Of a stretch of DNA of 64,000 nucleotides, positions 34,476-43,808 are shown one piece after another (positions within the stretch are counted from its first letter, which is position 1; the number at the start of each line of letters is the position of its first letter). A model generated the notes under the pieces. It made no database searches. It had not been told where the DNA came from and saw only the letters and a program-made list of their open reading frames with translations. The stretch comes from a virus: positions 51,802 through 115,801 of IMG/VR virus record IMGVR_UViG_3300049046_000039. The stretch is one strand, 5' to 3'. The position numbers and the translations under genes are program-made.

Positions 34476-36982
34476 AAGAAACTATCCAGTGTTGCTTTCT
34501 TTTCGGTAGACCAACCGATCACCGAGAGAATATCGTTAAGAGGGTCGAGGTAGGTCTTTGAGAACTGTCGATTGTAGTCGACGTGTCTGTCTAGACCGAA
34601 CTCTTTAGGAAGTGCCGACGTGATAGCGATCACGTCTTGTTTGCTGTGGTTCGGAATCTTGAGATAGCCGAACTTAACTTTGTCGCCGCTGTAGATGTAT
34701 TCGTAAGTGTCTTCTAAGCCGAGGTCCTTCACGAGCTTGTTGTAGACTAGAGAAGCTCTAGCGTGAATTGGAGTCGCTGGCTTGCACAGATTAGCAGCGT
34801 CGGCATACTTCTCTAAGTTGTTGACACCTCTAGGCATCGCGATCTTTTCGAACGAGTATTGATCGAACTCTTCTCGGAAGTCGGCGATAAACTTATGAAG
34901 CTTCTCTTCGCCATCGTTCATCATGATCTTGAAGGTCTCCTTCATAGCCTCGCGAACTACAGCAGGAGTCGAAGGCATCACGGCTTTAATACCAACGACT
35001 TTAAGCTCTGGCTCTTCTGGTCTGAATCCTTCGATGTCTCGAGCATTCAGCATGTAGTTCTTAGCTGCTACCCACATTCCCTTGTCGGCAATAGTCTCGC
35101 GCTTCATCTTAAGCGCTTTACTGTAGACGTTAAGCTGAGTGTAGAGGTCTTCGCACGCGTCGTTAATGACTTGCTGCAGCTTCTCCTTGGCTACCTTATC
35201 AACAAAGTCAGTGATCTTTTCCGGATCGCCGCCGTTAGGGAAGACCTTCTTGACGAGATCGTCGACGGTGAGATAGACCGAGTCTGTATCGCAAGCGATC
35301 ACGTAGTCTTTGTCAGTCTTTAGAAGACCGTTAAGGTATCTGTTGAGAGCTCTCTCGACCGTACGAGTAGCGAGCTGACCAGTCATAGTGATAGCTTCAG
35401 CGCAGTCGAGATCGAACCACCTGAACCATAGGTTACTTACAGCACCATAGGCTGAGTTCAGCTGAATCTTTCGAGCCATCTGAAGACCGTCGAACTTAGC
35501 GTACAGATTATCGTACTGCTGCTTCTTTACGGGGTCGTTCTCTTTTGAGGCTAGCTTCTTGTACTCTTTAGCCTTGTCCTTGAACTCCTTACGATCCTTA
35601 TACTTACTCTCCATGAGCTTCGACAGGATGCTCTGGCGATCTTTTCTAAATTGAGTCAGATTAGCGCCGAGTGCATAGTCCCCCTTGTTAGGTAGGTCTA
35701 CATGGCTAAAGCCCGTCGCCAAGGCAGAGGCCACGGTCCAGCCCGGGCTCCATCCCTTTCCGGCAATAGTGTCTGGCCCGATATTGAGAAGCATGATGAT
35801 GTGAGGATACAGCGAGTCGAAGTCGAATGACAGCACCCAGTTGTACATGCCAGGCTTGACTTCCTTAACGTAGCCACCGACGAGTTCTCGATCCATATGC
35901 TTAACCTCTTTAGGAGGAACGCAGATCTTATCGTTCATGAGCTCGTTATGAATGATGACGTCCCACGGCTTAACTGTCGCGAGAGTATCGTTATAGTTTA
36001 CCTTAGCATCGTACGCTAGGTAGAAGACTAGTTCGATGAACTTACACTTCTCTTCGAGCTTGTAGACTAGATCGACGTCATGGATGTTATAGTCGATGAA
36101 CTTAACGAAGTCTTTCTCGTACAGCTCGAAGATGTCCTCGAACTCTGAGTAGTCTACCTTCTTCTCACCTAGCTCCTTGTGAGCGATCGTGTTGAGCTTC
36201 CAGTCTTCAGAGTTAGAGAAGCTGAACTTCTTGTAGAGGTGTTGGTAGTCTAGAATCGTAATGCCGAGTGGAACGTACGTCTGATTAGACTTACCACGGA
36301 TTACGATCTCATGCTCCTGCATCATCTTCCAAGGAGAGAGTCTTGCAGCCGCGTCTTGGCCGAGTAGCATGGTAATGCGATTTACGATGTATGGAATATC
36401 GAAGAACTCGACGTTCCATCCGCTGATTACGTCGAGATCGAATGCTTCCCAGACCTTGATGAACTTAAGTAGAAGTTCGTGCTCGTCCTTGCACTTGATA
36501 TAGACCACGCTCTCGCTCTTGGGAGTGTAGTCCTTGTAGCCGAGCGTCACTGTCTGGTTGCGACGTCGAATCGATATTGCAGTGATTGGAGCAGTCGGAT
36601 TAGCAGGATTGATGCCACCCTTCTGCTTGTCGGTCTCGATATCGAGATATCCGACGTTGATGACGTTACTGTCAAAGTTGATGTCACCGCGATACTTGTC
36701 GTAGAGATACGTGTAGAGAAAGTCGGTAGAACCGAAGATGTTAAAGTTCTCGATTCCCTCGTACTCTTTAGCGAAGTCTCTCGCCTCACGAATACTGTTG
36801 AAGTGTATCTGATTTAGAGGATGACCGTAGATCGATTTGAACTTCGTCTCTTGGCCAGGCTTAGCCGGAATGAAGAGATAAGGTTCGTAGTTATCTTGAT
36901 ACTGAAAGCGCTTACCGTCTTTATGGCCGCGCACTAGAATGCGCCCACGGTACAAGTGCGCGTGAGTGTAGAATTTAGACAT
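34472..36982 (-). CDS. 43: T4 gp43-like family B DNA polymerase
   Basis: DIET exonuclease, DFDSLYPHII, KIQLNSAYG, DTDS. Confidence 0.98.
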   Translation of the reverse strand: MSKFYTHAHLYRGRILVRGHKDGKRFQYQDNYEPYLFIPAKPGQETKFKSIYGHPLNQIHFNSIREARDFAKEYEGIENFNIFGSTDFLYTYLYDKYRGDINFDSNVINVGYLDIETDKQKGGINPANPTAPITAISIRRRNQTVTLGYKDYTPKSESVVYIKCKDEHELLLKFIKVWEAFDLDVISGWNVEFFDIPYIVNRITMLLGQDAAARLSPWKMMQEHEIVIRGKSNQTYVPLGITILDYQHLYKKFSFSNSEDWKLNTIAHKELGEKKVDYSEFEDIFELYEKDFVKFIDYNIHDVDLVYKLEEKCKFIELVFYLAYDAKVNYNDTLATVKPWDVIIHNELMNDKICVPPKEVKHMDRELVGGYVKEVKPGMYNWVLSFDFDSLYPHIIMLLNIGPDTIAGKGWSPGWTVASALATGFSHVDLPNKGDYALGANLTQFRKDRQSILSKLMESKYKDRKEFKDKAKEYKKLASKENDPVKKQQYDNLYAKFDGLQMARKIQLNSAYGAVSNLWFRWFDLDCAEAITMTGQLATRTVERALNRYLNGLLKTDKDYVIACDTDSVYLTVDDLVKKVFPNGGDPEKITDFVDKVAKEKLQQVINDACEDLYTQLNVYSKALKMKRETIADKGMWVAAKNYMLNARDIEGFRPEEPELKVVGIKAVMPSTPAVVREAMKETFKIMMNDGEEKLHKFIADFREEFDQYSFEKIAMPRGVNNLEKYADAANLCKPATPIHARASLVYNKLVKDLGLEDTYEYIYSGDKVKFGYLKIPNHSKQDVIAITSALPKEFGLDRHVDYNRQFSKTYLDPLNDILSVIGWSTEKKATLDSFF

Positions 36983-37076
36983 CTATTCTCCATTTGGGAT
37001 ATTGTGCATTATAACATGATTTTGAAAAAATGTCAATGCCTAAATAGTGATGAACCATTATAATTGGAGATTGAAA

Positions 37077-37553
37077 ATGGGTTACGTATTAGGAAGTCGT
37101 TCTAAGTCTAGACTTGTCGGTGTTCATCCAGACTTAGTTAGAGTTGTAGAAAGAGCAATTCAAATTACATCACAAGACTTTACCGTTCTGGAAGGTCTTA
37201 GAACTCTAGCAACACAAAGAAAGTACGTCGCTAAAGGTGCTTCAAAGACAATGAACTCAAAGCACTTGAGGCAACCAGACGGGTACTCTCACGCCGTGGA
37301 CATAGTTCCTATCGTGGCTGGTAAGCCTCGTTGGGAGTGGCCTGTTATATATCCGATGGCGGCGGCTATGGCTATTGCCGCTAAGGAGTTAGGCGTCGAA
37401 CTAATCTGGGGTGGCGTCTGGGACAGAGAGCTAGACGATCTGCCAAAGGACGCGGCGGGAATTAAAGCTGCGGTTAACGCGTACGTCGACAGACGTAGAG
37501 CTATGGGTCGTTCTGCTTTCATCGACGGTCCTCACTTCCAGCTCAAGAGGTAA
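37077..37553 (+). CDS. endolysin, peptidase M15 (L-Ala-D-Glu type)
   Basis: EGLR, SKH, HAVD, WGG.W, DGPHFQL; GGAG SD. Confidence 0.92.
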   Translation: MGYVLGSRSKSRLVGVHPDLVRVVERAIQITSQDFTVLEGLRTLATQRKYVAKGASKTMNSKHLRQPDGYSHAVDIVPIVAGKPRWEWPVIYPMAAAMAIAAKELGVELIWGGVWDRELDDLPKDAAGIKAAVNAYVDRRRAMGRSAFIDGPHFQLKR

Positions 37554-37556
37554 GTC

Positions 37557-37952
37557 ATGGCAATACCACTACTAGCCGCTGCAGGCGCTCTTCCTTGGAA
37601 GACTATATTAAAGTGGGGAGCTGTCGCTGCTGTTCTTATTGGTATTGCGGTCATTGGTTATCGTGCAGTTAGTTCCTACAACGCTGCACTAACTAACAAC
37701 GCTATATTAGAGAGCAACAACGAGCAGCTTCTTCAGAACATCAAAGACAAAGAAGACTACATCGATAAGATGAACCAGCTTCAAGAAGCGACTAACAACA
37801 TTCTAGCTCAAACTGAAGCTCGTAATAATGTAGTCGTCGAGAGACACAGCCAAGTAACGGAATACATCCAGAGCCCTGAAGCTCAAGCCAGCAACAGAGA
37901 AAGCTCTGACGTAATTAAGAACACAATCAGGATGCTAAGAGATGAAGAGTAA
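37557..37952 (+). CDS. i-spanin (Rz-like)
   Basis: TM + coiled coil after endolysin. Confidence 0.7.
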   Translation: MAIPLLAAAGALPWKTILKWGAVAAVLIGIAVIGYRAVSSYNAALTNNAILESNNEQLLQNIKDKEDYIDKMNQLQEATNNILAQTEARNNVVVERHSQVTEYIQSPEAQASNRESSDVIKNTIRMLRDEE

Positions 37953-38238
37953 GATGATGATCGTATCAGCGCTGTCGCTACTGCTAGTAGCGTGTGGGCC
38001 TAAGACTGAGGAGCCAGTTCTAACGAAGACTGTGTACAAGGTCGTCGAGATCGACAACAAGTACTACGAGTGCGATAAGATACAGCTTCCAAATCCAGAA
38101 ACACTAGACGACGCTGCAGTAGCTGCGCTAATTAACGATTTAGTGAAAGCTAACAGAGTCTGCTACAATAACATGCAAGCTATTCAGCTCGCTATCGAGA
38201 CTTCAAAGAAGATTCTCGAAGATAGAAACAGCGACTAG
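37942..38238 (+). CDS. o-spanin lipoprotein (Rz1-like)
   Basis: lipobox LVAC; overlaps i-spanin. Confidence 0.75.
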   Translation: MKSKMMIVSALSLLLVACGPKTEEPVLTKTVYKVVEIDNKYYECDKIQLPNPETLDDAAVAALINDLVKANRVCYNNMQAIQLAIETSKKILEDRNSD

Positions 38239-38396
38239 ATTAGGTCTATGAGGCGACCGTGAGAGTCTATAGCACGAACACGGTCGTACTTACTACTAAA
38301 GTCTTTTAGACGATTAGAAATTACGCTCTCACTGTTCTTGCATGTAGCGACATTAAACCACTGACCGTTAGTGCGTTGTGCTTGAATCGTTACCAT
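38235..38396 (-). CDS. 53-aa hypothetical protein
   Basis: GAGG SD; RVRAIDSHGRLID. Confidence 0.55.
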   Translation of the reverse strand: MVTIQAQRTNGQWFNVATCKNSESVISNRLKDFSSKYDRVRAIDSHGRLIDLI

Positions 38397-38605
38397 TTCA
38401 ACCTCAGTTTCTAGCTATATATACAACAAAGGGGCCTAAGCCCCTTTGCCTTCTAGCTGTAAGATCTTAACGTCTTCAAAAGCTATCCAGAATGCGCTAA
38501 TGCGCTCTGCCACTTCCTTATGGCTAAGACCTAGAGGAGCACTTACATACGAATGTACTCTATGCTCTCTATCTCGTACTCTGCCGCTAAGATGTAGTTT
38601 TACTA

Positions 38606-39256
38606 TCAAGGTACTGGAAGTCCTAGAGCTTCGTTAAGTTCTGCTACTGGAATCGATAGTTCCTTAGAAGGAATCTTAGCCGTAGAGTCGCCAAACACCT
38701 TAGTGACGAAAGGCTTGCTCTCTGGCCATACTTCGACTAGCTTCTTAGTAGTCGTTACGCTGCTTAGTGCAGCGGTAATCTTACGATAGAGAGTAGTAAC
38801 TTCGCTCGAAGTCGTGTTGATCTTGTTAACGTGGTTGGTGATTCGGTTAGACAGATCTGTGTCTTTGATCAGGATAGTTGATCTGTTAAACTTTTCTAGC
38901 ATTCGACGCTGAACGGTCTCTTCTACACTAAACATCTTATGTCCGACGAGAGATGTTACTCTGTATCCGATATGGTTGTAGATAGAGCCGTTGAAGTTTA
39001 GACTGGTGTAGTCGCTATAACCGTAACTTATATTGATTCTTTCAGTCATCGGCAGCCAGCCGTCAGGAAGAGCGTCTATTTGCTCTCTTTCCTTCTCGGT
39101 ATAGATGCTATTGTATACCGCGAGAGCGATGGAAGCGTGATCTTTCTTAAGTTCCGCGATGTTGGTGCTCTCAAACTTATAGAGAAGAATATCTTTAGCG
39201 ATGCGCTCTCTAGTGCTATTCGTTAGACGATAATTTCCTGGTGCTAAGTTACCCAT
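38606..39256 (-). CDS. Nmad5-like protein
   Basis: RLT...RE.I ... ALSSVTTTKKLVEVWPE. Confidence 0.7.
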   Translation of the reverse strand: MGNLAPGNYRLTNSTRERIAKDILLYKFESTNIAELKKDHASIALAVYNSIYTEKEREQIDALPDGWLPMTERINISYGYSDYTSLNFNGSIYNHIGYRVTSLVGHKMFSVEETVQRRMLEKFNRSTILIKDTDLSNRITNHVNKINTTSSEVTTLYRKITAALSSVTTTKKLVEVWPESKPFVTKVFGDSTAKIPSKELSIPVAELNEALGLPVP

Positions 39257-39279
39257 TGTGTATCCATAATGTATGTTGA

Positions 39280-39355
39280 TGGTGCCGCTAAGAGGAGTCG
39301 AACCCCTGGCCTCTCGAGTACGAAACGAGCGCTCTCCCGACTGAGCTATAGCGGC
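39280..39355 (-). tRNA. tRNA-Thr(CGU)
   Basis: loop TTCGTAC, CCA. Confidence 0.9.
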
Positions 39356-39356
39356 G

Positions 39357-39431
39357 TGGTGCTCCAGGAGGGAATCGAACCCTCGGCTGATCCGTACCAA
39401 GGATCTGTTTTAGCCATTAAACTACAGGAGC
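39357..39431 (-). tRNA. tRNA-Thr(GGU)
   Basis: loop TTGGTAC, CCA. Confidence 0.92.
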
Positions 39432-39896
39432 ATTAACTATATTGATAGTGTATCCGTTCGTGTTTATCGTAAACGGAGTGTTTAATTTTCTGTCAGTGAT
39501 GACGTTGAACATCATGACGCTATTTCTAATGTTGACCATGAAGTTAAATCTGGTCTTAGGTTCTATAACGTCGGTGTAAACTCGACACGTAGTACTGTTA
39601 CCGTTCTCGTTAAGAGTGAAGTAGTAGTCTTCGTATATGTCAGACTTCTTCTTCTTCGGAGCTGGCTTCGGACTTGTCTGTGCCGTGTTGGCATGTCTTA
39701 CATGTGGTAAACTGACGATAAGCTTAGCGTCCTCGTAAGCGCGAGTTATGCGCTTAAACTTCTCGAGAGCTTCAGGATCGCTGTTGATGTCTGGATGATA
39801 CTGCTTCGCGAGCTTTCGATAAGCTGACTTTATCTCGCTTAGAGTCGCGGTGCTTTGCAGATTTAGAACTTCAAACGGGTACATTCTCATACTCAC
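39417..39896 (-). CDS. DnaJ-domain protein
   Basis: [15 protein letters not shown]. Confidence 0.88.
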   Translation of the reverse strand: MSMRMYPFEVLNLQSTATLSEIKSAYRKLAKQYHPDINSDPEALEKFKRITRAYEDAKLIVSLPHVRHANTAQTSPKPAPKKKKSDIYEDYYFTLNENGNSTTCRVYTDVIEPKTRFNFMVNIRNSVMMFNVITDRKLNTPFTINTNGYTINIVNAPVV

Positions 39897-39913
39897 TGTT
39901 TGAAGTATTTATA

Positions 39914-39989
39914 TGGTGCGTCCAGTAGGGATTGAACCTACGACCTCTTCGATGTCAACGAAGCGCTACTACCACTGAGCTATGGACGC
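39914..39989 (-). tRNA. tRNA-Val(GAC)
   Basis: loop TTGACAT, CCA. Confidence 0.92.
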
Positions 39990-39992
39990 ATA

Positions 39993-40159
39993 TAAGTCGA
40001 AAACCTATTACACCAGATGGCACCCGCCATCCCCTTAAGCGAATCGGGACCTACCGGATTAAGAGTCCGGTCGCGCTATTTACAGCTCGGCAAAGCTGAT
40101 CGCTTCAGTCTTTCATGGTATTGTAAGATTGCCGTCTTACAAGAACCACTATCGACTTA
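39993..40159 (-). ncRNA. structured RNA displaying a tRNA-Lys(CUU) anticodon stem-loop
   Basis: TAAGTCGA/TCGACTTA closing stem; ACCGGA CTCTTAA TCCGGT AGGTC. Confidence 0.6.
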
Positions 40160-40420
40160 ATCACTGTAGTCTATACTGTTTTCCCAGAAGTAGCAGATCT
40201 TGTGCTTGTCAGAAAGATTCGACCACCACTCTTCTGCTCTGGCTAGTTCTTCTGGAGAGAACGTCTTGTACTTTTTCTCTTTGCGATCGTATGATTCGCA
40301 GGATTCGCAAGTGTAACTCTGACCAACCTCGCCAGAAACTACTGGGCAGTCGTTGTCACCGTACTTGCATCCGTGTACGTAGCAGCAGTGGGACTGATGC
40401 ACGCCATAATTGTTAGCCAT
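40157..40420 (-). CDS. Cys/His-rich hypothetical protein
   Basis: HCC..HGCKYG...CPV. Confidence 0.7.
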   Translation of the reverse strand: MANNYGVHQSHCCYVHGCKYGDNDCPVVSGEVGQSYTCESCESYDRKEKKYKTFSPEELARAEEWWSNLSDKHKICYFWENSIDYSD

Positions 40421-40429
40421 ATCGAATTC

Positions 40430-40759
40430 TTAAGGTTGAGTTGGATGAAACCTACCGTACATACAGTGTACGACCTCGTGACCTATCCACTCTGGTTCGT
40501 AGGACACATCAGGATCGACTATGTAGATCGTGCACTTGTCACTCTGTATAGTAGCGAAAGCTTGAAGGTCTCTATCTTGAAGAGGAGGATTATACTTCTC
40601 GTACTCTTTGACGAGAGCTCTCTTGCTCTCTAGAGTTACGAACTGTATATTTGGGGAGAGCTTCTCGTATTCTTTAGTCTCGAACTGATATCCATCAGCA
40701 GAACCGCTGTTACATGAAACTAAGAGGAGAGCTGCGATTGGTGCTAGTATTTTCTTCAT
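40430..40759 (-). CDS. lipoprotein with HExxH motif
   Basis: LVSC lipobox; GHEVVHC. Confidence 0.75.
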   Translation of the reverse strand: MKKILAPIAALLLVSCNSGSADGYQFETKEYEKLSPNIQFVTLESKRALVKEYEKYNPPLQDRDLQAFATIQSDKCTIYIVDPDVSYEPEWIGHEVVHCMYGRFHPTQP

Positions 40760-40771
40760 ACTAGTAATTAT

Positions 40772-40837
40772 ACAGGCTGCGTTTTTTGCGTTTTTCTATC
40801 CAAAAGAAATGCTAAAACTTTTTGCTGAATGCAGCCT
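40772..40837 (-). ncRNA. CAGCAA-scaffold RNA 8
   Basis: AGGCTGC/GCAGCCT, ATT CAGCAA, GT tail. Confidence 0.7.
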
Positions 40838-40843
40838 TAATTC

Positions 40844-40921
40844 TGGTCGTGCCGACGGTATTCGAAACCGCATTAACCTGATTGAAAGTCAGGGCTCTTA
40901 GACCAATTAGAGGACGGCACG
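40844..40921 (-). tRNA. tRNA-Glu(UUC)
   Basis: loop CTTTCAA, CCA. Confidence 0.9.
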
Positions 40922-41236
40922 TTATTTCTTATAGACCATCTTAACGTTAGAAGATACTTCCCAACATAAGATAGCTATCTGATCGTAGTATTCCAAAGTT
41001 ATGTCTATGACTCTATCGCACTCTTCTTCGGTCGCGACGAACATGACTGGAATCATTCTCTCGTCATATATGTCGCCGTTAGGAGCTAGCCACTTACCCT
41101 TGTTCGGCGGCTGGATAGTAAGACCTCCGGTGATAGACTTTATCTTCGCGTCCCAGACGCGGTGGAATCTAGTCTTTATCGGTCTTCCATCGTTCCTCTG
41201 AGTGGGAACTAGTATAGTCCACATCTTCTTAATCAT
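40922..41236 (-). CDS. hypothetical protein (possible PII-like fold)
   Basis: GGLT....G.W...G....ERMIPV. Confidence 0.7.
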   Translation of the reverse strand: MIKKMWTILVPTQRNDGRPIKTRFHRVWDAKIKSITGGLTIQPPNKGKWLAPNGDIYDERMIPVMFVATEEECDRVIDITLEYYDQIAILCWEVSSNVKMVYKK

Positions 41237-41303
41237 ACAGATTAGTCTTTGTCCGCTAGGTCAAATGCAAATTGGTAGCGTAATGAATTGCTGTAACTAA
41301 TCT
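41237..41303 (-). ncRNA. CAGCAA-scaffold RNA 9
   Basis: AGATTAG/CTAATCT, TTA CAGCAA, GT tail. Confidence 0.7.
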
Positions 41304-41309
41304 AAACTC

Positions 41310-41398
41310 TGGTGCTCTCGCCGGGACTCGAACCCGGAAGACAAATCAATGCCTATAACCCCTCAAGCTACTGCGTTTACCAGTTTCGCCACGAGAGC
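41310..41398 (-). tRNA. tRNA-Leu(GAG)
   Basis: loop TTGAGGG, long V-arm, CCA. Confidence 0.9.
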
Positions 41399-41405
41399 AA
41401 TATGA

Positions 41406-41494
41406 TGGTACCGGTGACAGGGGTCGAACCTGCCCGGGACTTCCGTCCCACTAGGACCTAAACCTAGCGCGTCTGCCAAATCCGCCACACCGGC
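41406..41494 (-). tRNA. tRNA-Leu(UAG)
   Basis: loop TTTAGGT, long V-arm, CCA. Confidence 0.92.
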
Positions 41495-41501
41495 ATTAAC
41501 T

Positions 41502-41696
41502 TTAATTGTTGTTCGAGCTGACGTTGAAGTTAAACAGCAGCGAACAGAGGATGTTAATACCCCAAGCCTGAAGCCACGTTACCGTGCTCAGAATCGATAC
41601 TGCAGGGACGAGGCAAGCGTTCCAGAGAAGCATCGTGGGTAGTGCCAACAGCAAGCTGAAGACTAAAACAATTATGAGTGCGATCACGTATTGCAT
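41502..41696 (-). CDS. small membrane protein
   Basis: LLWN...WLQAWG. Confidence 0.7.
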   Translation of the reverse strand: MQYVIALIIVLVFSLLLALPTMLLWNACLVPAVSILSTVTWLQAWGINILCSLLFNFNVSSNNN

Positions 41697-41710
41697 AATT
41701 AAAAACTCCG

Positions 41711-41785
41711 TGGTAGCCCCAACGGGACTTGAACCCGTTTTGTCGGCGTGAGAGGCCGATCTCTTAACCCATAGAGGATGGGGCC
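41711..41785 (-). tRNA. tRNA-Glu(CUC)
   Basis: loop CTCTCAC, CCA. Confidence 0.9.
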
Positions 41786-41786
41786 A

Positions 41787-41873
41787 TGGTGGGTAGTATA
41801 GGGTTCGAACCTATCATCTGCAACCGCAGGCCAGTTTTACAGACTGGTGCCCGTCCACTCAGGCGTACTACCC
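41787..41873 (-). tRNA. tRNA-Tyr(GUA)
   Basis: loop CTGTAAA, V-arm, CCA. Confidence 0.9.
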
Positions 41874-42017
41874 ATTAATGACTTCCCAGCACGTATAGCT
41901 ATCGTTACTGAGAAAGCTTTTATCTTCTTTGGCATGCTCTTCGCATAGAGGATGAGAACCTGCAAACTGAGTATGTCTTACGTATTCAGCTTCTCTATCA
42001 CAATCTATACAAATCAT
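41868..42017 (-). CDS. small Zn-binding-like protein
   Basis: CxxC...CxxH. Confidence 0.6.
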   Translation of the reverse strand: MICIDCDREAEYVRHTQFAGSHPLCEEHAKEDKSFLSNDSYTCWEVING

Positions 42018-42028
42018 ACCGTAAACCT

Positions 42029-42104
42029 TGGAGGACGAGGTGGGGTTCGAACCCACGACACGAAGATTAAGAGTCTCCTGCTCTACCTACTGAGCTACAC
42101 GTCC
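42029..42104 (-). tRNA. tRNA-Lys(CUU)
   Basis: loop CTCTTAA, CCA. Confidence 0.9.
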
Positions 42105-42105
42105 G

Positions 42106-42456
42106 TTATTCTTTTAGAGCTTTTAGCTTCGCTCTATAAAATTGTCTGAGCTTAGCTCGTCTCATCTTCTTCAGATAGTATACGTCCGGCTTATACTCGA
42201 GGTAGTAAGTAGGATACGCACTAATCTGTTCTAGAGAGACTCTGTCTTCATCGGTCAGAACGTAGTCTTTAGGATAAGACACGTTGCCGATGAAGTAGCT
42301 AGCTTCTTTCTTCGTATTGCAGTAGGAGCAGTCACACTCGCGGTGATTCTTCCTAGACTGTAATACGTGCCTATTTATCGCGGCTGGAAGGAGATGCTCT
42401 AAAAAGTTTTCAGAGACTCTCCGATCGACCTCTTCGAGCATCTCCTTAGTGTTCAT
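42106..42456 (-). CDS. hypothetical protein
   Basis: ORF with CDCSYC. Confidence 0.65.
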   Translation of the reverse strand: MNTKEMLEEVDRRVSENFLEHLLPAAINRHVLQSRKNHRECDCSYCNTKKEASYFIGNVSYPKDYVLTDEDRVSLEQISAYPTYYLEYKPDVYYLKKMRRAKLRQFYRAKLKALKE

Positions 42457-42457
42457 G

Positions 42458-42811
42458 TTACTTCAGCTCGTAGAGCTTGGACATGTCACCCTTGTCGATA
42501 GCCTTATCCAAGGCCGACTCGATCTTGGTGATCTGCTCGAGGAGCTTCTTGCGCTCTTCGAACTTGGCCTTGCTGTACTGCGTAGGCTTGGTCTCGTTAC
42601 CGTCCTCGTCGAAGTATCCACCGACATCAGGACGAATCTTTTGCAGATCCTTCTTGAGTGCCGAGAGCTTGTCGAGGCCGTTGAGAATAGCCTCGCTGCG
42701 CTTTTCGAGTTCCCGATTGACGAGAGCGTCGATTACTTTATCGTTAACCGCCGGCGAGATTTCGGCGATCTTGGTTGCCACAGCTTCAGTAATAGTCTTT
42801 GTCATACTCAC
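42458..42811 (-). CDS. coiled-coil hypothetical protein
   Basis: ORF in operon. Confidence 0.7.
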   Translation of the reverse strand: MSMTKTITEAVATKIAEISPAVNDKVIDALVNRELEKRSEAILNGLDKLSALKKDLQKIRPDVGGYFDEDGNETKPTQYSKAKFEERKKLLEQITKIESALDKAIDKGDMSKLYELK

Positions 42812-42821
42812 TTCTCTTTCA

Positions 42822-43043
42822 TTACGATTTGAACCAGAGGATATGTGTTACGTCTTCTGGAACGTCCATATAGAAGGCTACGTCTGAAGGACTGAACTCG
42901 GTGGTGTCGAGAGTGTCCTCTTCATACACCAGCTGAGCCATTCCATCGGAATCGTCTATCTCTCCTTCCACTACCATACCGACAAACTCGTCGATATCGA
43001 TAAGTTCTGCTACGTCTGTGTCTTCTTCAGTAAGTGCTCTCAT
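42822..43043 (-). CDS. acidic hypothetical protein
   Basis: TAATG coupling. Confidence 0.65.
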   Translation of the reverse strand: MRALTEEDTDVAELIDIDEFVGMVVEGEIDDSDGMAQLVYEEDTLDTTEFSPSDVAFYMDVPEDVTHILWFKS

Positions 43044-43297
43044 TAGAACCTCTTCTGCCAAGCGGAACCAGTAGTGTAGAGTCCCTCGCCAGCAAGATAG
43101 ACGTTCCACATGATGCGGGAAATCTCTCGACTGCTAGGAGCTGAATCGATATCTCGAAGAAGAGCGTTCTTCTTCTTGTCTCGAGTAGAAGTACTCGTAA
43201 TAATGTCCTTGCATGTGAGTCTAGCCTCACTTAAGTCCATCTTTTCGATACCTTGAAGCATCGAAGCATCGAAGGTATCTTCGTTTACCTTTTTCAA
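43043..43297 (-). CDS. hypothetical protein
   Basis: AAGGAGG SD; WNVYLAGEGL. Confidence 0.7.
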   Translation of the reverse strand: MKKVNEDTFDASMLQGIEKMDLSEARLTCKDIITSTSTRDKKKNALLRDIDSAPSSREISRIMWNVYLAGEGLYTTGSAWQKRF

Positions 43298-43382
43298 GTA
43301 AGGCCTCCTTATTAGGATACCTTAGCTTTATAACATGTTTGGAAACAAAAGTAAACAAGTATTTTTGAGTGGCGCAAAGTTT

Positions 43383-43682
43383 TTAATCGAATTTCCAGCG
43401 ATATCTACCACAATACTCTGCAGTACCGTCAGCGCGAAGTCTCACCGTACCGACTTTCGTGCAGTTGTATCGAAAAGGTCTCTGATGTTCTGGAGGAAGG
43501 TCTGCTCGAATGACAGTATGGAAGTCTTCGCTCCAGTCATACTCGCCGTCGTATAGCAGAACTCGCTTGTATCCCATGAACGTCGTCTTGACGAGCATGT
43601 TAACGTAGTCAGACAACCAGTATGGCGACACAACTAGAACAAGAGCCATCAGCACGATGGGAAGGAAAGCAAGAAATTCCAT
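43383..43682 (-). CDS. membrane-anchored hypothetical protein
   Basis: GGAGA SD before ATG 43682. Confidence 0.65.
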   Translation of the reverse strand: MEFLAFLPIVLMALVLVVSPYWLSDYVNMLVKTTFMGYKRVLLYDGEYDWSEDFHTVIRADLPPEHQRPFRYNCTKVGTVRLRADGTAEYCGRYRWKFD

Positions 43683-43695
43683 GATATATCTCCAG

Positions 43696-43772
43696 TGGAT
43701 GCCCGCGTGGGACTCGAACCCACACGCACTCGGGTCAAAGCCGAGCCGCCTTACCAGGTAGCGCAACGGGCA
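43696..43772 (-). tRNA. tRNA-Gln(UUG)
   Basis: loop CTTTGAC, U1-A72, CCA. Confidence 0.9.
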
Positions 43773-43808
43773 TTAGAGGTGGGTAGGTTTCGCCTACCCA
43801 CCAACGTA

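Noticed and set aside
14660-36982. Introns or inteins in nrdA, nrdB, thyX, helicase or polymerase
   Set aside because: All are uninterrupted and of ordinary length.
38606-39400. Long N-terminal extensions in the ORF track (also 5962, 42056, 43766, 49686)
   Set aside because: Extensions run through tRNA or ncRNA genes; downstream starts were chosen.
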